Origin: Salisapilia sapeloensis CBS 127946 | Taxonomy: Eukaryota > Protista > Oomycota | NCBI GenBank assembly: GCA_023334545.1 | Contig: JAADVB010000032.1 | Location: forward strand, 1 to 64,000 | Direction: 5' to 3' | Length of the DNA stretch: 64,000 nucleotides | Part shown: positions 19,164 to 29,966 of the stretch, in pieces | Numbering within the stretch: position 1 is the first letter of the stretch | How the letters are laid out: each line of letters opens with the position of its first letter | Notes under the pieces: model-generated | The model's database searches: none | Told to the model about the DNA's origin: nothing | What the model saw: the letters and a program-made list of their open reading frames with translations, nothing else | Program-made: the position numbers and the translations under genes

Positions 19164-20210
19164 CTATCCTCCGAGTGGGGCTTCATCAGCCAAGTATGTC
19201 TGTCGATACCACTCCCACGTCTTTGCAAGACCTTCATCTAAGGAAGTCGTAGGTTGATATCCGACTAACTTATTCGCTTTGGACACGTCTGCACAAGTGC
19301 GCGGGACATCACCAGGTTGGTCCGGAAGAACTCGGACCGATGCTTCCTTCCCGACAAGACCTTCGATCGTCTTAATGAAGTCTGTTAGCACGACCGGCGT
19401 TCCGTTACCAAGGTTAAATACTTCACAACCAGAGGCTTTGTCGTGACATAATAATACACCTTGGATGATGTCGTCAATGTACGTGTAGTCGCGGGACGAC
19501 GTACCGTCTCCGTACCGGTCGATCGTCTCGCCCTTGACGATTCGATCCATAAACTTGAACGGAGCCATGTCTGGACGCCCTCTCGGTCCGTACACTGTGA
19601 AGAAACGTAGACCGGTGCAGGTCATGTTGTACAAGTGGTGGTATGTGTGTGCCATGAGCTCACAGCTCTTTTTTGTTGCAGCGTACGGACTCACTGGCCA
19701 GTCGACAGCATCGGTCTCACGGAAAACTTCATTCTTCGAGCCACCGTACACAGAGCTGCTGGATGCGTACACGAATTTCGTGATGTTGGCACTTCGGCAA
19801 GCTTCCAATAGCACCGCCGTGGCTTGGACGTTGGAGTGGATGTAGAGCATCGGGTCTTCGATGCTCGGACGCACACCTGCACGCGCAGCCAAGTGGATCA
19901 TCGAGCCTGGCTGGGTATCCTTGACGACGCGACGCACGAGCTCTTCGTCACACAAGTCACCCGTGTAGAATTGGAAGCGTGCTCCGAACGTGTCTTGCAG
20001 CGTCTGAATGTTCTGTTTCTTGAGCTCGACGTCGTAATAGTCGTTCATCTCGTCAATACCGACGACATCATCCCCGCGTTCGAGCAGTGCGTAGCTCGTG
20101 TGGAAGCCGATGAAGCCCGCAGCGCCCGTGACGAAGACGGTCTGCTTGTCACGCGCAGTCGGCTCGTTCACGGTTGATACGTCGAGTGCATTCGGAGGCA
20201 TGGGAGACAT
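19164..20210 (-). CDS. GAE: UDP-glucuronate 4-epimerase (extended SDR; soluble, no TM anchor)
   Basis: TGAAGFIG, GIDEMNDYYDVELK, HLAARAGVRPS, YASSSSVYG, SPYAATKK (YxxxK), LRFFTVYGPRGRPDMA, RDYTYIDDI, FNLGNG, QPGDV. Confidence 0.88.
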   Translation of the reverse strand: MSPMPPNALDVSTVNEPTARDKQTVFVTGAAGFIGFHTSYALLERGDDVVGIDEMNDYYDVELKKQNIQTLQDTFGARFQFYTGDLCDEELVRRVVKDTQPGSMIHLAARAGVRPSIEDPMLYIHSNVQATAVLLEACRSANITKFVYASSSSVYGGSKNEVFRETDAVDWPVSPYAATKKSCELMAHTYHHLYNMTCTGLRFFTVYGPRGRPDMAPFKFMDRIVKGETIDRYGDGTSSRDYTYIDDIIQGVLLCHDKASGCEVFNLGNGTPVVLTDFIKTIEGLVGKEASVRVLPDQPGDVPRTCADVSKANKLVGYQPTTSLDEGLAKTWEWYRQTYLADEAPLGG

Positions 20211-20689
20211 TTCTTGCTTTCAGTTTAATAACACAAAGAGGATGGTTTTTCGCCAAGAAGAAGATTCGAAAGTGCGATGTAAGGTGGTGAGCTGTCGGAG
20301 TCGGGCGTTCGAAGCGGTTGCTTCCTGCCACTAATCGCTCTGCTTCGACGGTGACGCAATCACACGTGTAGCCATCTACGCTCGCTGGAACCAATCAGCA
20401 AGCAGGATATAGACAGCCCTGGTCGCGTGAAGTTTATGTGAGTGAAAAACGGTCCATCGTGGACTTCGACGTGTTCGCTAAAGATGAGTGACCAAGGGAA
20501 TGCTTGTCTATCGACTGCTCAAAGGCTTTGCCAACATGCTGAATGACTGTGGCTACCATGGCTACTACTCACTGTCTCCTCTGAAACGCCTTTGCCGACT
20601 GCAAGCATACTAAAGTGCACTTGGAATGGAACGCATCCATGTGATGTGTGTACACAGTCCAAGGTTATCTAAAAAGAGGAAGCGTATAT

Positions 20690-23425
20690 TTATAGTAACT
20701 CGTACTCGCGCATGGCTCGCTCCATTTGCGAGTCAAAGTGGTTCAACCAGGCCGTATCGAGAAACCGGTTCGGTCGTTTCGCCCACTCGAGATCATCCAA
20801 AACTTTGATCAGCTGAAAGAACGTCACTTCACTATCGCTCGAATATTGTTTCGCATCTTTGTTTTTCACTGCCTTCGGTGCTGGTGGCGCCATGGCAAGT
20901 AGTTGCTCGGACTTTTCGGCGGCAATGCACTTTTGTAAAAAACGATCCACAAGTGGCTCATCGACACCTGGAAGCTGCATCCGGAGTAGTAGGCCTTTCA
21001 AATGAGCGACAGATATCGTAGCATTACTGACACTTTCCGTTGAATCGGTTTCCAACTCCTCTTCTAACGGATCCTCTTCTGCTACCCCTTCTGCAATAAT
21101 CCGTTTGCACTCGTCGGAAATGCGCTGACGATGCTTTACAAGTAGCTTGAGTCGTCTTTCATTCTTTTCGTCAATCTCGTGTTGCAATGCAGCTTTCTTG
21201 GCGCTCGAAAATTCTTTCTTTAATTGCTCACGCTGAGCTTCATTTCGACGGGCAACGCGCACGAGTTCCTCGAATTCGTCAATGTCGATACTGCCATTGC
21301 CATCGCGATCAATATAACCGATAAATTCTTCTGCTTGTGTTGGCGATAGATGAATTTCCATTTGAGCTAACGTATCCAACATCTCTTGAGGAGAGATACT
21401 GCCATTACCGTCTGCATCACAGAACCTGAAGAGGTCGATCACTCGTAGATGCTTTCGTTTCATGTACCCATCGATTCGTCCAACTATGTCTCGAAACAGT
21501 GCCATTTTCTCCTGTGCTTTTTGGTCAATAGCTTGATACATGGTTGTGAAACCTGGAGAATCGACCATGGGCGTTGGAGGAGACTTTAAGAGTCGATGTC
21601 GGATTTCATCGCTTGCTCCATCGATATGAGCAGGTTCAGTAACGCCGGACGATTCTCGAGATGTAGAATCACGAGTTCCAATTTCCCTTCTCAATGTATC
21701 TTCATTCCGCTCTATATCTTCATCTGCTTTGTTACACTTGTTGTTTCTTAAAGTGGCTACTGTTCGCTTGGGCACCGCTTTAGACAGCTCCGAGAGTGAT
21801 CGAGTACCTGGAATCTCAATCTTCGGAAATGCTAGAAATGGAGAAAGCGCAGGACTGCAGAAGCTTGCATAAGCGATATATACTGCGAACAAATAATATG
21901 CTACGTACTTGTTTCGAATGTCTGGAACACTTGAATTGAGTTTCTTTTCCTTATCAGCATCATCATCCGCGACTGTGTTCAGCTGTCTTTCTGATCCCGG
22001 GAATCCTGACTGTGATGTGATGCTATCTAAAGATGCTGGTGTCTGCCCCTCTGCCAACTTTTGTCGCAGCGAAATCTGCCATTCCGGTATCGAAGATAAA
22101 AGAGTACTTTTATCTTTTTCTGGAACCTTCTCACCATCACCATCTGCATGTCTTCCTTCATCAGCACTGGAAAAGATATCATGCATGCTATTTGCTTGAC
22201 CGCGACTTTTATTTATTTCCAAGTCTTCTTGGCCGACAGATAGTCTTCTGTCAAGTTTCGACGAGCTCGGTCGATCCACTGATGCGCTATTATCAAATTT
22301 TATATCAGCAATGGTTATGCGCTGCGATTGAGAACGCTTAAGATTCCCCCTGCTTTTGCTCTTTACACCGTTCATGTAGATAGCCGCTGTATCTAAGCGT
22401 GTGTAGGAACGATAGAGCGACCTCTTTTTTAATGGTAATCCAGACGAATCCCGCTGTAATTGGTTTGAAAGATCTGGCAAGTCAGTGAGCACAGGATCGG
22501 CTTCCTTTGCTGCATCTCGCATACGAGTCAGCCGAGACGATTCTTCCAAGAGTATGACCATCTCAATTTCATCTACTCAGCACAAAGCATTAGCGCGGGT
22601 AGTATCGACTATATACGCCTTAGTATCTCTCTTCTTACCTATTTGCTCTTTCATTTCATTCAGCGCATCGTAGGTTATTTCGTACGTCTTGTTACGAATC
22701 CCACTAATCCTTCCTTGATGAATCTGTCCGTCGTGAAATTCCTTCAGAAACCGTGTTCCTATATCCATCTGCAAAGAACCGGACTTCAATGAGTCATCGT
22801 AAGGAAGTGTTTCCAAGGACTTGCGGTTCTTCATACGGCGCCGGACGAACAAGCGTACGACGCCTTGTAGCACTGATAATCCTTTTCGGAAGGTAACCCC
22901 TGACGTATACAGTCTTGCATCTCCTTTTTCTAGAACTTGGGAAGCTGCATTCTCTTTCACTTCCTGATCTCGACACTGACACACTTCTACAAGCTGCTGG
23001 AGAAACTCAAGTGTGTCTGTGACAGCAACACCGGCCAGTACCTTGATCGGACTGACAAGAAGCAGGCAAGAAGTCTTGGTGAATCCCAGGTCTTGTAAAG
23101 AAAACGCGACGAATGCAAGTGCTCGGGTAATGAAGGCAGCCTACTCCATTATTTGATATTAGAAGAGATGTGAATCCAAATAATACAGAATGACCTTGTC
23201 TTCTTTGGTAACCAATTGAGAAAATATAAGTTGTTCATCGCTAAAGATGCCGTAAGGAGACAGTGTTTCCACGAGAAGCTTATGTAAGAATGTAAACGGA
23301 GGCCGATAAAGCACTTTTTTGTTCAAGGCAGTTGACTGCACGATAGATAACAAAGCCTGGTATGTCTTCTCGACCGTCCGATGTAGCTCCTTTTCATTCA
23401 TCGCCGCCAGAATAGTTGCACTCAT
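20690..23425 (-). CDS. Three-exon protein (about 871 aa): TRAF3IP1/IFT54-like N-terminal CH domain, Tudor-like segment, paired EF-hands
   Basis: Introns 23194-23141 (54 nt, phase 0) and 22638-22573 (66 nt, GTAAGA donor, GCTAAT branch, phase 1) join three ORF-track fragments in frame. CH-like: LYRPPFTFLHKLL...IFSDEQL...KEDKAAFITRAL...VSPIKVLAG...TLEFLQQL. EF-hands: DADGNGSISPQE, DRDGNGSIDIDE. Confidence 0.75.
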
Positions 23426-23514
23426 AGTTGCTAGTAGTTAAAAGCGACAAGTCTACGAGTCACGAAGATCAAAGGTTTCATGTTGAGATTAAAATAGGCT
23501 TCGTCTGTTTCGTG

Positions 23515-24986
23515 CTATGGAACGAAGGGAGGACGCTGGGCTGCCTGCCGTTGTTGTGTGGCTTGGTTGCGTTGCATGCTAGCTTGAGTGGGTGCAAACA
23601 AGGTGCTTTTCGGTCGCCTCGACCTTGTTGATCGGGCTTTGGAGGAAGCGACAGACTGATCGACAGGTCGAGTGGTGCTCGGTGCTGTCTTAGATGAAGC
23701 AGTCCCCAACCGACCAATAGTCTTTTTCTTTACCGCTTTCTTAGCTTTACGCTTTGTCGGCTGATGGGAGGCCAAGTGATCAGGAGAAGTGCTCTGTAGC
23801 ATCTTATCAAAGCTGACTTGCAAAGAGCTTCGACGGCGAGGAGGATCGTACGAGATAGACGGTCCATTGGATCTATCCAAACCCAGATCCTCTTTCTGAT
23901 AATAAGAATTCCCGTCCACCTTCTCGATCGATTTTTCAGAACGACGATTGCTACTGTATGTGTCCCCTTTACCTTCATCGGACCCAACCGCTTCGTCATC
24001 TGAGAACTGTCTACTCTGTCCTCGACTACGTAGATTTGGCTTTGCGAACGCCATGCCCTCCGTCTTGAGCTTTTCAATGTACTTCTTCTGTTTGATGCGA
24101 ACTTTTTCAGACAATTCGAGGGATTTTTCGAGCGTTTGACATTGGTTTTGCGATTCCTCCAACTGCACTTCCACACGCTTCGACCTGTTATATTTGCGTT
24201 CCAATTCAGCATTGGCCGAAGCAACCTCATGATATTTTCGTTGTAGATCTGATAGCTTCTTCTTTGTCTGAACATAGAGTAAGATGGTCAGTGGTCTCTG
24301 CACTCTCATACGCAAGAAGGTATGTAGTGCACCTCGTCCAATTCGTATCGAAGTCGATCACGCTCGACCGTCACGTTTTGTAGCTGTCTATCAGTTCGAG
24401 TTTTCTCGTTTGAATTGGACCAATTGGAATAACGCGAGGTATTTCCTTCATCCACAGAGTCTGATGACATTGAATTAGTTTTGTCGTTCTTGCACAATTT
24501 GAATATCTGAAAACGCTAAAGCAATAAGGTACCTTGAGCATGTTGCTTGTTGCCATTCGTATGCGATGATGTGGAATCTAAGGCTCTCTGACTCTTTTTA
24601 GGCTTGGTTGCGGCTTTGTTCGCCTGACGATAGGCCTGGTAATCACGATAGCCAACGTCCAAGTTGTCCGAACCTGTCTCCTTCCTTGACTTGACTCGTT
24701 CCTCTCCTTTCTCCTGTCCAGAAAGTTGCTTATCACCTTTCTTGTGATATATTCGTTCCCGAAGCTTTAATAAATCGCCCTGTAGCCTGTTGATATGTGA
24801 TTCCAATGCATCTCGTCGAGTGCCATCACCCGTATGTCTCTCATCTGACGTCCTTTCGTGTTCTTTTTGCACATGCGTGCGTTCAGAGGTGTCACCATCA
24901 TATACAGAGGCTTTTTTAGACGCAAACGATAGCTGGCGATGCACAGGAGGAGCGTCTATCTCGTCCGTCGTACTCTGTCGATTCAT
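23515..24986 (-). CDS. Three-exon coiled-coil protein, unknown function
   Basis: ATG 24986. A 72-nt intron (GTACCT...ACTAAT...CAG) removes the in-frame TAG at 24518-24516; a second intron joins ELDE to TKKKLSDLQ. Heptad-rich middle, basic disordered tail. Confidence 0.7.
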
Positions 24987-25102
24987 CGCGTGAGGTTGTG
25001 TTTTGAAAAGTATCAACAGCAAATCGTACCATTTAAATTCATACGACATCATCCGAGGCGTCTACCTCCATTCGCAAGTCTCTCGTTCTCTCTTGACGGC
25101 AT
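24987..25102. promoter_or_regulatory. Very short (116 bp) bidirectional promoter
   Basis: Gap between divergent ATGs at 24986 (-) and 25103 (+); contains CCATTTAAATTC and CCATTCGC initiator-like elements. Inferred from layout. Confidence 0.4.
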
Positions 25103-26164
25103 ATGAGCGGTTCAAACAATTCCATGGTTATTCAGAATGCTCGAGATAAATTGACAGATTCAGGAGTGCTGATGCGTTATGATTATGCTTGGTAGAAATG
25201 CGTTAAAGAGAATAAGATATATTCGAGTACTAATTTTTGATCAACTAGGCGTGCTTCGGAATTTAAAAAGGCTTCTGATCGGTTAACTGGCATTGCATGT
25301 CGCTTCTTGTATCTACATGCTGTATGGAAGGCGAAATTGTCGAGTGACAGGCAGCAGTATAAGCTCTACGCCATCTCGAACGGTTATCCAGACTTTAGTT
25401 CTTCGTTCACACAAGCAGCAGAAATATTGAATTACAGTGTCATTCCAGAGCAAGATGAAGAAGAGCAAAATTGCAACGTAAATGTCCATCCTGCCTTGGA
25501 CGCTGACGTTATTGCTATCTTCGTCCCTCCTCCAGGTGAAGAGAAAGCGCACACTGATAGAGAATCTCCTGCGTACCATGAACTACAGTCCATTCTTCGA
25601 TTGCACAAAGATAACGACACTCCGACGGAGCGTCTACCAGTTGTTATCATGCTACTCGGTGACTCGGCCTTGCTACCGCCTCCCGATTCAGCAGAAACGG
25701 AACGAATCCGAGGACTCAGTAGTTTTGCCATCTCCCAGCAGCTCTCACCATTCGTCCAGTCCGTCGCATACACGAGTATAGCTCACTACTCCATTGAGTT
25801 TGGTGTACCGGATGAAGACGATGGGCAGCGACAAAAAGCAATGGAAAGCATGATGAGTGACTTTGGCTATACAGATCCGCACATGTTCCAAGAATCTGAA
25901 AAGTGGGAAGTGTACGCGCCGGAAAGCAGTGCGTTAGCAAAAGAGGAAACAACACAACCGGATGATGAAGAGACTCGCTATTGGCTCGAGTATGCGCAAG
26001 GCAAAGTATGTGATCAGTGTTTTACACCGAATGATAAGCTGGCGGCTTGCTCTCGATGTCGACAAGCCAGATACTGTTCTCGCGCTTGTCAAAAGGCAGG
26101 ATGGAAACTTCACAAGCGCATATGTGGCAAGACAGCAGAGGAAATAAATGCACAAGCAAAGTAG
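25103..26164 (+). CDS. MYND-type zinc finger protein (two exons)
   Basis: Exon 1 25103-25191; intron 25192-25248 (branch ACTAAT); exon 2 runs in frame into the 25307 ORF. C-terminal CDQC...CSRCRQARYCSRACQKAGWKLHKRIC is a zf-MYND motif. Confidence 0.85.
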
Positions 26165-26208
26165 AGAATAACCAAAACGCTTTGAGCAGGATGTGATGAT
26201 ACTAGCAT

Positions 26209-29200
26209 CTATTTCACACGCTTTTCAGCGACTTGAAGAGCGAATCGTAAGGACCAATTCTCTCGCTTGAGACTATTCACCTGTCCCAGGAACTCTTCCA
26301 ATCGATCTCGTACTTCCTTTTCTGCTTTTTTTGTCCTTGTATGTTCATCATTTACACGCGCTAACGCTAGTGTCAAATCTTCATTCTCCCGACGCAGACT
26401 CGTTAATTCCTTTTCTAACTTTGTTCCACGTGAAGAGGACCATTGGTCCTGTTGAACGCACGACGCTAGTTTATCTAGACTCTGTTGGGTAAAGTTATTT
26501 TCGTCGTCTTCCATGACATTGTGCTCGACCTGGTTCGAGACGCCCATGTCACGCTTGAGGAGTTCGCGACTATGTTTTCGCATTAAACGCTGTGTTTTTC
26601 GTTCAAATTCAGCCACCATCTTGGCTTCTTTCTCCACGGATTGTCGTCCGAATCGCTTATGTAGTTCATGTATTTCACGCTGTAACGTCTCCTCCGTCTC
26701 CTTTGCGTCCTCTTGACACGTCTCATAGGAAGACTGGAGATCTTTCAGCTCGTGCTCTTTCTTGTGAAGCAATCGACGTAGACGATGTACTTCGTTATCC
26801 TGTACATCCACTGTGCGATGCAGATTGGCATGGCACTCTTGTACAGAAGGCGGATTTGTCTCAATCCGATTGCACACAACATACAGTTCCGTCGACTGGT
26901 CTGTTAATCCGTCCGCAGTTTGCTTTAGACGCGCACTCTCCTGCCAGCTATGTGCGCGCTGGACTGCTTCCAAGAGCACCTGCAGCCAAGCTTTTTCCTG
27001 TTCGAGTGCACTTAATTCCAAGTCTCTCTCGCATATCTTTCGCTTCAGATCAAACACCGACTTGCGCGTCTCTTGTCGACGCTGTTGTTTAATTTTTTCG
27101 ATCTGTTCTTCCCTTTCTTCGACCTCTGCCTGCAATTGCTGTACTTTGCTCATCAAAGTCATTTTATGTGTTTCTAGTCTCTTTCTATGACTGTCCGCTT
27201 CCTTCTTCATATCTGCCATTTCTTTCTTCCACATCCTGTCCTTGTCTTGTAGATCACCCAACTGCTGTTGAAGATTTTGAACGCTTGTACGTGACTGCGC
27301 GAGCTGATTTTCCAATTGAACAATATGACTGTCCTTCATCTCCACGACACGCTTTGCTTCATCCATCGCTACTTCCAATCGCCGAGAAAATGTCTGTAGC
27401 ATCTCCTTCTCTTTGTGTTCATTCGACACGACATTCGAGGATCCACCACGCATCATCAGCATCTGTTGCTGCATGTCTAGTATTTGACTCCCGATAGTTT
27501 CATAGCTCTTCTCTTGCTCCATGACCTTTTCTTCCAAAGCTTCTTTCTCACGCTGTACACGTTCCAACGCTTGTTCATGTTCAGACGTTTGGAAGCTTAG
27601 AGAATGAGATAATCGAGCGATTCGCTCGACACATTTATCCTTGACAGATCGCTCGTAGGATAACGTGTCTTGCGTGTGTTTCAATTGAGAAATGAGTAGC
27701 TCGATTTTACGAGGAAGTGGTAAGGAACTCGTCTCGATCGATATGTCTGCAAAGTACAGACCGTCATCAGCTATGGCATGTGCTTCCTCGAGTTCTGTCG
27801 TCAAGTGTGTTTGACCAGGTGCTGGCGCATGGGCAATTGGAGAGATGTGAGATGCTTTCACGTCTTGATAGAATTGATGCAGACGATCGGCATAACTCTT
27901 CTTTTCTGTTACTTGAGATGATGAAGTGGGATTTGAATAGGAATTGAGGGTCGTGGAAGTAAGTTTCTGGTGACTGTTCTCAGGAGAGTCAGTCATGACT
28001 TCACTGTATGCATTCGACCTAGTACTTGTCGTTAGAACCACACTACGCATGCTTTTAAACTTGGTAATGTACCGGGGAGAAGCTGGAAGTGTTGGCTTCG
28101 AGTATGGTTGCCACGAATGCATGCTTTGGAAGATAGAGTGCAAGTCTTTGACAATCGGTTTATCAGAGTAATGATCTGCTGGAGTGGTAAGCTTTGGTAT
28201 ATAGCACACACGCTGATGATTTTTCCATTCGCTTACTCTGTAAGCATACAAGAGCGACTGGATAGCCTGCAAGCTCATCCAGACGATTAGTTTAAAGGTG
28301 ATGATAAGTACAGACTATCCTAATTCTACCTGCTGTTGAGAAGATGCCACTCTATGGATTGGAATGACGACGTATGTGGCGCTTTCACCACCAAGAAAAG
28401 AACCAAAGTATGTGCTCAAGGTTCGGTCAATCAGTCGTTCATCACTGCTCACTCCTTGTCGTTCTTGGGTTGTATTTGTAGGTTCCACCACAGCACTAGA
28501 AGGTAGGCTATCCTTTAACACCTCTTGACACGAATGGAGTATATATAAGCTACCTTGTCCGCAGATCGAGAGATAAGAATCGACCCTGTCGAGGCTTCTG
28601 CTCGCCTTCATGCCGGCTTTCGACATGAATGGAGGTAACAAAATGCTTCTGATCAGTTGCAGTATGTCGACATTGAGAGAGTTGCTGGATGGCGTCGTCT
28701 ACGCTATCGATTCGAATCGAATGTTCCACCATAACGGAAGCGATGTCATCCGTCGGGTATAGAGGTATGTTACCACCACGAATCAAGTCCTGCATGGACT
28801 TAAAGTCTTGTACTTGACCGCAGAATAGCAAGACTTGTACATCATCCAATGTTCCTGCTCCTATGTATCATAACCAATACATTTATCAGTGCATCGACTG
28901 GATGTGGTAACTTGCAAGTTCTTACGTTTCCGTCGATCGATCTCATGGAATATGTGATGAAGTGTAAGCGTCAATAAGCCTATGTACCATACACATGAAT
29001 CTGTTAGTCCTATGATTCTTGTCGTATCACGAAAGCAGACTCCTCTACCAGACGCTCCATCGCGGTCTTCACACATGGAAGTATCTGACGTATCCGTCGA
29101 AGCAGTAGTAACTAGCGTCATAGCTTTTCCTAATACCAAGTTGGCAACTCCATTCTCGAGTCCTTGATTAAATACATCAAGCATTCCATGCGTCTCGTCA

Positions 29201-29373
29201 TCGAAAACCCGGTCAAAGGAGATGGAGGCGACACCTGGAGAGACCGCACTATCCTCCAATCGCAAGCTCGTGGCACTTGTCCTTGTGACACCACAAACTT
29301 CATCTTTTTGCAACTTTCCATGGACAAACACGAGCACTCGACCAGCTTCTTGTACCTCTTGCAAGTACGCCAT
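26209..29373 (-). CDS. Degenerate kinesin-like protein: motor-fold N-terminus lacking the P-loop and switch motifs, plus a long coiled coil (about 5 exons)
   Basis: Four predicted GT-AG introns join segments in kinesin order: RVLVFVHG; SFDRVF; GLLTLTLHHIFHEI; VQVLLFCGQVQDFKSMQDLI; HFVTSIHVES; GRFLSLDL; STYFGSFLGGESATYVVIPI; AIQSLLYAYRVSEWKN. Then a 600-aa coiled coil. Confidence 0.65.
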
Positions 29374-29562
29374 AGGCCAACAGTCACCTGGCAGCAGTAG
29401 TTTCGCGGTTTTTTCGAATACAAGTGCGTGGCGGGATTATGTGGACCACATGATCGCGAGAGAGGGCCTGAGGCCACCTCGCGACATGACAACGACATCT
29501 CATTTTGTACCTCTCGAAGGGATTTCGTGGTCACTCGACAAATTCCTCGATAAGAAAGCAAG

Positions 29563-29792
29563 ATGCTCAAGGCCGTGCAACAGAACTACTACTGGTACAA
29601 GATGGAGTTTGGCCTCACCATGCTCAGCCCATGGGAGGTGGCTCTCTTCAGTACGTTTCTATCCTTTGATAGCACGGCTTGATGAGAGACTTATGTGATG
29701 ATACAGACTGCTTCGCTCTCTTGGTCGTGACTGTGTCCACCTACTACATCTACGGCGTTGTGCAAGCGACTACTGGCCTGCTTTCCAACTAG
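29563..29792 (+). CDS. SPTSS: Serine palmitoyltransferase small subunit (ssSPT/SPTSSA-B-like), 57 aa, two exons
   Basis: Exon 1 29563-29650, intron 29651-29706 (GTACGT...CAG), exon 2 29707-29792. Product MLKAVQQNYYWYKMEFGLTMLSPWEVALFNCFALLVVTVSTYYIYGVVQATTGLLSN matches the Y..Y....G..ML.PWE...FN + TM pattern of SPT small subunits. Confidence 0.8.
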
Positions 29793-29966
29793 CTATGCCA
29801 GCAAATCTTTCAACGATCTAGTGAATAACTCGCTGGACTGTCTTAGTAGCGCGACATAAAGTCCTTCGTTTCAATTTCAATGCACGTCAATCTTCATCCT
29901 TTTAATTCACTTTTCCTTCCTAATTATAGCACTCACCACTTTTCGCCACTTGGTATCATTTCCAAG

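Noticed and set aside
24497-24530. In-frame TAG between two same-frame ORFs, suggesting readthrough or a pseudogene
   Set aside because: Explained by a 72-nt GT-AG intron with an ACTAAT branch site that removes the stop and keeps the frame.
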